From positions 1 through 41,844 of IMG/VR virus record IMGVR_UViG_3300008120_000136: a DNA stretch of 41,844 nucleotides; one strand, written 5' to 3'. This document shows, in pieces, positions 35,582 to 41,844 of the stretch. The DNA is from a virus (Duplodnaviria > Caudoviricetes). Each line of letters begins with the position of its first letter. The first letter of the stretch is position 1. The position numbers were made by a program, and so were the translations under genes. The notes below the pieces were generated by a model that saw only the letters and a program-made list of their open reading frames with translations, had not been told where the DNA came from and did no database searches.

Positions 35582-36507
35582 TTAAATCATTAGGTTTAGA
35601 TATTGTTGGTGAGACAGGCAATGACTATCTATGTTTCTGCCCATTTCATTCAAATCGCCATACATCTAGCTTTAGCGTAAGTCGTGAGAAGGGTGCATAT
35701 ATTTGCTTTAACCCTTCATGCGGTGAAGCAGGCACATTACAGGAATTAGTTAAGAAGATCCTAAACAAGAATGAGTTCGAAGCCCTACGATATATTGCTT
35801 CCAAGGAAGCAGAATCGGTAGAGAATTTTGACGAAGTTCTTAAGGACATGTTTGAGGATAAGCCAGACTTTGTAGAATTTCCACAAGAAACATTAGATCA
35901 ACTTTATAATAATCTTGGGTCTAATCCACATGCTCAAGAATATTTTAGACATCGTGGGATTAAAGATGAAGCAATGCATTATTTTAGATTAGGCTATTCT
36001 GCTAATATGGGTATGGTTATTGTTCCTGTTCATTCCCCCGACGGAATTCCTGTAGGATTAGTTGGTCGCTCTATATCAGAAAAGAAGTTTAAGAATAGCA
36101 CCAATCTGCCACGCAGTAAAACAATGTTTAATATTCACCGTGCCAAAAAGGTTGGTAGCCAAGTTGTTATTGTAGAGTCAACATTTGATGCTATCCGTGT
36201 TCATCAGGCTGGATTTCCAAATGTCGTGGCTACTCTTGGTGGACATATATCACACGACAATTTAAATTTGCTCAACAGATACTTTAATCGTATTATTATT
36301 ATGACTGATGCAGATCAGGCGGGTAGGGAATTAGGAATGACAATTGCTAATAAACTTCGCAATAAAGACATCTTGTGGGCTTCGCATAGTTATGGTAAGA
36401 TATATCCTAATAATGCAAAAGATGCAGGTGACATGACCGACGAGGAAATTGCCACATGTATTAAGAATTCTGTATCCGATATTGAATACAGAACCTGGAA
36501 TCCATGA
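35509..36507 (+). CDS. dnaG: DNA primase (CHC2 zinc finger plus TOPRIM)
   Basis: CPFH..CFNPSC, VESTFDA, VATLG, DADQAG, KDAGD. Confidence 0.92.
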   Translation: MPVRGDITRKVDTTQYAPAHIKAVIKSLGLDIVGETGNDYLCFCPFHSNRHTSSFSVSREKGAYICFNPSCGEAGTLQELVKKILNKNEFEALRYIASKEAESVENFDEVLKDMFEDKPDFVEFPQETLDQLYNNLGSNPHAQEYFRHRGIKDEAMHYFRLGYSANMGMVIVPVHSPDGIPVGLVGRSISEKKFKNSTNLPRSKTMFNIHRAKKVGSQVVIVESTFDAIRVHQAGFPNVVATLGGHISHDNLNLLNRYFNRIIIMTDADQAGRELGMTIANKLRNKDILWASHSYGKIYPNNAKDAGDMTDEEIATCIKNSVSDIEYRTWNP

Positions 36508-36539
36508 TATAATGAAAAGACAGACGGATCTATACCGTC
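36505..36539 (+). promoter_or_regulatory. Extended -10 promoter plus 5' leader hairpin for the SSB gene
   Basis: TGaTATAAT at 36505-36513; hairpin GACGG-ATCTATA-CCGTC at 36523-36539; SD AAGGAG. Confidence 0.6.
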
Positions 36540-36558
36540 AACTATAAGGAGAAAATAA

Positions 36559-37227
36559 ATGGGTATCGTTAAAGGACTAAAGGGCTTGAATGCAGTTATG
36601 GACAAGCCACAGTCAAATTCAGAAGGTAGCAAGGCTCGTTGGGTTAAGCTTGAAGATGGAGAAAGCGTAAAGATTCGTTTCCTTCAAGAACTAGATCCAG
36701 ACTCACCAAGTTATAATGATAAGCTAGGACTGGGCTTTATTGCAGTCGAACACACAAATCCAAAAGACTATCGTCGTAAAGGTCTCTGCTCAATGGATGA
36801 CCAAGGTAAGTGCTATGGTTGTGAACAACACCGCAAAGACTACAAGGCAGGGTGGAAGGGTCGTACACGACTTTACATCAATGTCTTGGTTGACGATGGC
36901 AAGGAAGAGCCATATGTTGCAATTCTTTCACAAGGCTCAAGCGGTAAGACCGTTACACCTACACTAATCGAATACGCAGGAGAAATGGGTTCAATCACAA
37001 ATCTCATGTGGCGTATCAAGCGTACTGGTACAAAGACAGACACCAGTTACACAATCATCCCACTTGCAAAGGATGAAACTCCATTCGACGCATCAGCGTT
37101 GGAACTATACAAGTTGGAAGAGACAGCAGTTCGTGATCTTCCATACACAGAGCAGGAAGCTTTCTTTAATGGAGAAGGCGGAAGCGCAGAGTCGGATTCA
37201 GCAACTAGTAGCAATCTCGACTGGTAA
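36559..37227 (+). CDS. Single-stranded DNA-binding protein (T4 gp32-like)
   Basis: KLEDGESVKIRFL, H..C..CYGC putative Zn site, LYINVLV, IKRTGTKTDTSY, acidic tail ending in W. Lies between primase and polymerase. Confidence 0.75.
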   Translation: MGIVKGLKGLNAVMDKPQSNSEGSKARWVKLEDGESVKIRFLQELDPDSPSYNDKLGLGFIAVEHTNPKDYRRKGLCSMDDQGKCYGCEQHRKDYKAGWKGRTRLYINVLVDDGKEEPYVAILSQGSSGKTVTPTLIEYAGEMGSITNLMWRIKRTGTKTDTSYTIIPLAKDETPFDASALELYKLEETAVRDLPYTEQEAFFNGEGGSAESDSATSSNLDW

Positions 37228-37251
37228 TATCTAATTAAAGGCGGAGAGTTA

Positions 37252-40200
37252 ATGTCATTCACACACTTACATGTGCATTCATATTATTCACTTATGGATG
37301 GCCTTAACTCTCCTGCCGAATTAGCGCAGGCAGCAAAAGATGCAGGGCAAACCGCATTAGCAATTACAGACCACGGTACTTTGGCTTCTCACCGTGATAT
37401 GCAAATAGCATGTAAAGAAATTGGCATTAAGCCAATACTTGGGGTTGAGGCATATATCTCCCCCACAGATAGATTTGATCGTTCATCTAAAACAGATAAA
37501 TCAATTCAGGCATATAATCATATTATCCTTCTGGCAAAAAATCAGACTGGTCTTAATAATATTCATACTCTGCAAGAGTTGGCATGGAACGAAGGCTTTT
37601 ATCATAAGCCACGTATTGATAGAGAGATATTAAATGAATACTCCGAAGGCATTATTGTTTTGTCTGGATGCCTTAACGGCATTGTTAGCAAGGCTATTGA
37701 AAAAGAAGACTATGCAGAGGCTAAACTTCTGCTCAAGAATTTTAAAAAGACTTTTCTGGATGATTTTTATGTTGAGGTACAATCTCACAATCCGAAAGAA
37801 ATAAATTCAAAGCTTTTAGAACTAGCAGATGAACTAGGAATTAAGGCGGTAGCAACAGGAGACGCACACTTTGCTAAAGGTGAAGACCGTATATTAGAAG
37901 AGGCTATGCTTATTCTATCTACATCACCTAAAGCAGATAAAGAGGCAGACTTTGACATGTCTAGAAATATGAAGGACATGCTAGATAGATTTAATTACTT
38001 ATATCCTGACCGTAAAATATCATTCCAAGACTATAATTTGTTTATTCAGACCCGCCAAGAAATTGAGGCGGACTTTAAAGAGGCTGGAATAAATAGAACA
38101 GACATATTTGATAATACTATGGAGATAGCCTCCAAAATTGAAGAATACGAGTTTCACAGGGGTCTAGACCTTCTGCCAGTCCCTAAGACCAATGCTGACC
38201 AGAAACTGGCTCAGATGGCCTCAGAAGGCCTTAAACGCCTATCCCTAGATCAGGATAAGGTCTATATTGACAGGTTGGAAGAAGAGTTATCTGTAATTAA
38301 AGATAAGAAATTTGCATCATACTTCCTAGTTGTGGCAGATATGATTAACTGGGCTAAACAAAATAATATTACGGTTGGTCCAGGTCGTGGTTCTGCTGCA
38401 GGCTCATTAGTCTGCTATGCCCTAGGAATTACAGATGTAGATCCAATTAAGTATGATTTGCTTTTCTTCCGTTTTATTAATCCTGAGCGTAATGACTTCC
38501 CTGATATTGATACAGACTTTGAAGACCGCCGTCGCAAAGAAGTAAAAGATTATTTGAAAAAGAAGTTTAAGCACGTTGCATCTATTTCTACATTTACTTA
38601 TTTTAAGGATAAGGGTGTAGTTCGTGATGCTGCTCGTGTATTTATGGTCCCGCTTGGCGATGTCAACAAGGCTTTGAAGTCTGTGGATACATTCGAAGAT
38701 TATCTAGAGTCACCTAATACAAAAGAATTTAGAACCAAATATCCAGAAGTAACTTGGCTTGCAGAAAGACTTCGTGGCAAGATCCGAAGTGTTGGCGTAC
38801 ATGCTGCAGGTGTTGTCGTTGCTAAAGATGATATTAGAAAGTATGCACCTATCGAATCTCGTGAGGATGCACAGGATAAAGTTTCTGGAAGAATTCCAGT
38901 TGTTGCTTATGACATGGATACAGTCGCAGATATTGGTCTGATAAAGCTTGACGCTTTGGGCCTAAAGACCTTATCTGTGATTTCAGATACATTGAAATCA
39001 ATTAAAGATAGATCTGGTAAGGACATTAATTTATCTTCAATTCCATTAGACGATAAGAATGTATATGGAATGTTAAGCGAAGGATATACAAAGGGAGTGT
39101 TTCAGGCTGAAGCAACTCCATATACAAATCTACTTATGAAGATGGGCGTAAGCACATTTGAAGATTTGGCAGCATCAAACGCTCTTGTACGCCCAGGAGC
39201 TATGAATACGGTGGGTGCTTCATATATTAACCGTAAGCACGGAAACGAAGCAATTAAATATGTTCACCCAATCATGCAACCATTTACGTCAAACACATAT
39301 GGCGTTATTATCTACCAAGAGCAGGTTATGCAGGCTTGCGTTCACCTTGGTGGAATGACTTGGTCTGAGGCAGACAAGGTCCGTAAAATTATTGGAAAGA
39401 AAAAAGATGCAAAAGAATTCGACCAGTTCAAGGATCAATTTATTGCTGGGGCTGAAAAGCATATTAGTAAAAAGGAAGCGCAGCATCTTTGGCATGACTT
39501 CGAAGCCCATGCGGGGTATTCGTTCAATCGTAGTCACGCCGTTGCTTATTCTATGCTTTCTTATTATACCGCTTGGCTTAAGTTTTATTATCCTCTTGAA
39601 TTTATGTTTTCGCTACTTAGAAATGAGGGAAACAAAGACACCAGAACAGAATACTTGATTGAAGCAAAGCGACTAGGACTTAAGATTCGCCTGCCTCATA
39701 TCAATGAGTCTGACATTTATTTCTCTCTCAAAGGTGATGCTATTATCTTTGGTTTGGCAGAAGTTAAGTTTATTTCTGACAGCATAGCAAATAAGATTAT
39801 AGACCAACGACCATTTGCTAATTATAAGGAGTTTATAGATAAAGCTTCTAAGAAAGGTAGTGGTATTAACTCTCGTGCTATATCAGCATTAAATGCAATC
39901 GGTGGTGCGGCATTTGAAGATAATCCTAGAAGCGGAACAGAGAAAGATAACTACTACGAGTATTTAGGTATACCTACATTTAATTTAGATTTGCCTCCAC
40001 GAATTAAAGCACAGGCTAGACCAATTGAAGAGTTTGATGAACTAGGATCATTTGTAATGTTTGGCATGGTCAAAAATATCAAGCGTGGAAATGGGTGGGC
40101 AAGAGTAGAACTAGTAGATGAAACTGGCTCTATTGGATTATTCCACCATGAGCAAACGCAAATTGAAACAGGTCAGATGTACTTTATTCTAGTAGGAGAT

Positions 40201-40518
40201 AATCGTATTGCTAGATATATTAAGGTTAGTGAAATTGGTCCAGATTCTAAGGATCTATTTGTCGACTACCTATATCGTAAGCAGTATGACCTTGCGGAGA
40301 ACGAATATTATGTGATAAACTTTACCCCGTATAAGACAAAAGCTGGCAAGATGATGGCTCATATTGTTATGACTGATAAGGATAAAAACCTTACACGAGC
40401 CATTGCATTCCCAACCATGTATAAGATGTCTCTCGCTAAAATGCGTGAAGGCATGAAGTGCCAAGTAATATTAAAAGAATTAGATGATGGCACATTGAAT
40501 GTTAAGGAAATAAAATGA
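37252..40518 (+). CDS. dnaE: DNA polymerase III alpha subunit (family C)
   Basis: PHP motifs HLHVHS, TDHG, GVE, GDAH; GRGSAAGSLV; PDIDTDF; HAAGVV; KLDALGL; YQEQVMQ; YSFNRSHAVAY. Confidence 0.97.
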   Translation: MSFTHLHVHSYYSLMDGLNSPAELAQAAKDAGQTALAITDHGTLASHRDMQIACKEIGIKPILGVEAYISPTDRFDRSSKTDKSIQAYNHIILLAKNQTGLNNIHTLQELAWNEGFYHKPRIDREILNEYSEGIIVLSGCLNGIVSKAIEKEDYAEAKLLLKNFKKTFLDDFYVEVQSHNPKEINSKLLELADELGIKAVATGDAHFAKGEDRILEEAMLILSTSPKADKEADFDMSRNMKDMLDRFNYLYPDRKISFQDYNLFIQTRQEIEADFKEAGINRTDIFDNTMEIASKIEEYEFHRGLDLLPVPKTNADQKLAQMASEGLKRLSLDQDKVYIDRLEEELSVIKDKKFASYFLVVADMINWAKQNNITVGPGRGSAAGSLVCYALGITDVDPIKYDLLFFRFINPERNDFPDIDTDFEDRRRKEVKDYLKKKFKHVASISTFTYFKDKGVVRDAARVFMVPLGDVNKALKSVDTFEDYLESPNTKEFRTKYPEVTWLAERLRGKIRSVGVHAAGVVVAKDDIRKYAPIESREDAQDKVSGRIPVVAYDMDTVADIGLIKLDALGLKTLSVISDTLKSIKDRSGKDINLSSIPLDDKNVYGMLSEGYTKGVFQAEATPYTNLLMKMGVSTFEDLAASNALVRPGAMNTVGASYINRKHGNEAIKYVHPIMQPFTSNTYGVIIYQEQVMQACVHLGGMTWSEADKVRKIIGKKKDAKEFDQFKDQFIAGAEKHISKKEAQHLWHDFEAHAGYSFNRSHAVAYSMLSYYTAWLKFYYPLEFMFSLLRNEGNKDTRTEYLIEAKRLGLKIRLPHINESDIYFSLKGDAIIFGLAEVKFISDSIANKIIDQRPFANYKEFIDKASKKGSGINSRAISALNAIGGAAFEDNPRSGTEKDNYYEYLGIPTFNLDLPPRIKAQARPIEEFDELGSFVMFGMVKNIKRGNGWARVELVDETGSIGLFHHEQTQIETGQMYFILVGDNRIARYIKVSEIGPDSKDLFVDYLYRKQYDLAENEYYVINFTPYKTKAGKMMAHIVMTDKDKNLTRAIAFPTMYKMSLAKMREGMKCQVILKELDDGTLNVKEIK

Positions 40519-40709
40519 CAGAAGATATTATTCAGTCTATGAGTCTGAATAAAATACTTGTAGCCCTACTAGAAGAATATGGAACCCTATCAGTACCCAC
40601 ATTAAAGTTTGTGGATGCTGGAGGACAAGATAAGGAGCTAGTAGTTGAGTACGATGATGATACCTTAACATTTAAATTTAGTTTAAGGAGCAAAAATGAA
40701 CAGCAATGA
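40515..40709 (+). CDS. Hypothetical protein
   Basis: ATGA overlap with dnaE. SD AAGGA. Confidence 0.65.
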   Translation: MTEDIIQSMSLNKILVALLEEYGTLSVPTLKFVDAGGQDKELVVEYDDDTLTFKFSLRSKNEQQ

Positions 40710-41043
40710 AATAGTTACAGAGTATGGTTTAGATGCCCTTTCAGCCCTATTGCATGAAACAGCAAGACAAAAGGGGTTCTGGGACGGAGAATATACTCAC
40801 GACAAGATAGGTAATAAGCTTGCCCTTGTCCATTCTGAAGTAACAGAGGTGCTTGAAGCAATTAGAAAGTCTAAGGGTAGTGAGCATATAGTAGAAGAGA
40901 TCGCAGATATTATCATTCGAATACTTGACGTATATGCTGCAATGAGAAATGAAGAGCAGATTCTTCATAGCCTAGATGAAATTCTAGAAAAGAAAATTAA
41001 TATAAATAAAGAGCGTCCAAAGCTTCACGGCAACCTATTCTAA
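40696..41043 (+). CDS. MazG-like nucleotide pyrophosphohydrolase
   Basis: HSEVTEVLEA...EEIADIIIR all-alpha NTP-PPase motif, followed by K..IN..R. Confidence 0.82.
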   Translation: MNSNEIVTEYGLDALSALLHETARQKGFWDGEYTHDKIGNKLALVHSEVTEVLEAIRKSKGSEHIVEEIADIIIRILDVYAAMRNEEQILHSLDEILEKKININKERPKLHGNLF

Positions 41044-41044
41044 A

Positions 41045-41053
41045 TGGTATAAT
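41045..41053 (+). promoter_or_regulatory. Extended -10 promoter for the recA-like gene
   Basis: TGgTATAAT, in the same 14-mer context as 23643-23656. Confidence 0.65.
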
Positions 41054-41076
41054 GGGAGAAAGAGAAAAGATAAATA

Positions 41077-41844
41077 ATGACAATTGTATTAGATGATGTA
41101 TTAGCAAAACTAGATCCAAAAACAAGAGCACGAGTTCAATCAGCACAAGAAGTTCAAGTACATAAGCAGGCTACGCCCAGCATTGGCTTGAATATGGCAT
41201 TGCGTGGTGGACTACCGTATGGCCGTCAGGTCCTTGTTTGGGGAAATAAGTCTGCTGGCAAATCCTCTTTCTGCCTACAGATGATTGCTATGGCACAAAA
41301 AGAAGGAAAGACCTGTGCATGGATTGATGCGGAAGCTTCTTATGATCCTAAATGGGCAGAGCAACTAGGAGTAGATTCAGAAAAACTTATTTACTCTCCA
41401 GCCAAAACTGTAAATGATATGGTGGATGTTGCAACAAAATTGATGGAGGCGGATGTTGATTTAATTGTTGTTGACTCTATTTCAGCATTACTTCCAGCAA
41501 TCTATTTTGAAAAAGACGGAAATGAATTAAAGGATTTGCAAGATACTAAGCAAATCGGCGCTGAAGCAAAGGATATGACCCACGCAGTCAAAATGTTAAA
41601 CTATGCAAACAAAAACACATTACTTGTTCTCATCTCACAACAACGAAATCAGTTTGGATCTATGCATGCTAGCCACATCCCCACGGGCGGAATGGCTGTT
41701 AAGTTCTTCAGTACCACCGTCATTAAGCTTTGGTCGTCTGAAGCTGAGGCTAATGCTATTAAAGCTGGCATTAAAGTTGGCGACAAAATTATCGAACAAA
41801 GAGTCGGAAGACCAGTTAACTGGATTGTTGATTACAGCAAAGTC
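41077..41844 (+). CDS. recA: RecA/UvsX-like recombinase, 3'-truncated (absent from the ORF track)
   Basis: Manual translation from ATG 41077: TPSIGLNMALRGGLPYGR, Walker A GNKSAGKS, WIDAE, LIVVDSISAL, ISQQR, TGGMAVKFFS. Open to the window end. Confidence 0.93.
   Translation, partial: MTIVLDDVLAKLDPKTRARVQSAQEVQVHKQATPSIGLNMALRGGLPYGRQVLVWGNKSAGKSSFCLQMIAMAQKEGKTCAWIDAEASYDPKWAEQLGVDSEKLIYSPAKTVNDMVDVATKLMEADVDLIVVDSISALLPAIYFEKDGNELKDLQDTKQIGAEAKDMTHAVKMLNYANKNTLLVLISQQRNQFGSMHASHIPTGGMAVKFFSTTVIKLWSSEAEANAIKAGIKVGDKIIEQRVGRPVNWIVDYSKV

Noticed and set aside
34042-40518. Inteins or introns in dnaB and dnaE
   Set aside because: Lengths are ordinary, motifs are contiguous, and no intein splice or LAGLIDADG motifs were seen.
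1-41844. tRNA, rRNA, CRISPR array, integrase/att site
   Set aside because: Intergenic gaps are short and accounted for by promoters and terminators. No cloverleaf, repeat-spacer array or integrase was seen by eye; tRNAscan and Infernal were not run.

Overview
A 41.8 kb, AT-rich segment of a large siphovirus-type tailed phage genome. All credible genes lie on the + strand, and the window is truncated at both ends. Order: adhesin/fibre cluster (1-3752); portal, prohead protease with a nested scaffold, HK97-fold major capsid (3816-8031); head-tail joining genes; major tail protein; tail assembly chaperones joined by a -1 frameshift; a 2186-aa tape measure protein (TMP); tail tip and fibre genes (to about 32 kb); then a replication module (metallophosphoesterase, Zn-ribbon, HTH, DnaB, DnaG, gp32-like SSB, DnaE, MazG-like, and a RecA-like gene missing from the ORF track). 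The gene content, sigmaA-type extended -10 promoters and leaderless starts resemble large actinophages, so a low-GC actinobacterial host is plausible (inference only). No terminase, lysis, integrase, tRNA or CRISPR features were seen. Most notable: (1) an in-frame, direct-repeat-bounded cassette inside the TMP carrying an HNH-like motif, with a second related motif upstream, suggesting swappable injected cargo; (2) a portal gene that appears to lack about 50 conserved residues; (3) a nested scaffold gene; (4) terminator/promoter junctions, two promoter classes and leaderless genes; (5) a fibre C-terminus/adhesin N-terminus pair resembling a split trimer-to-monomer docking motif. All functional calls come from reading motifs by eye; no searches were run.
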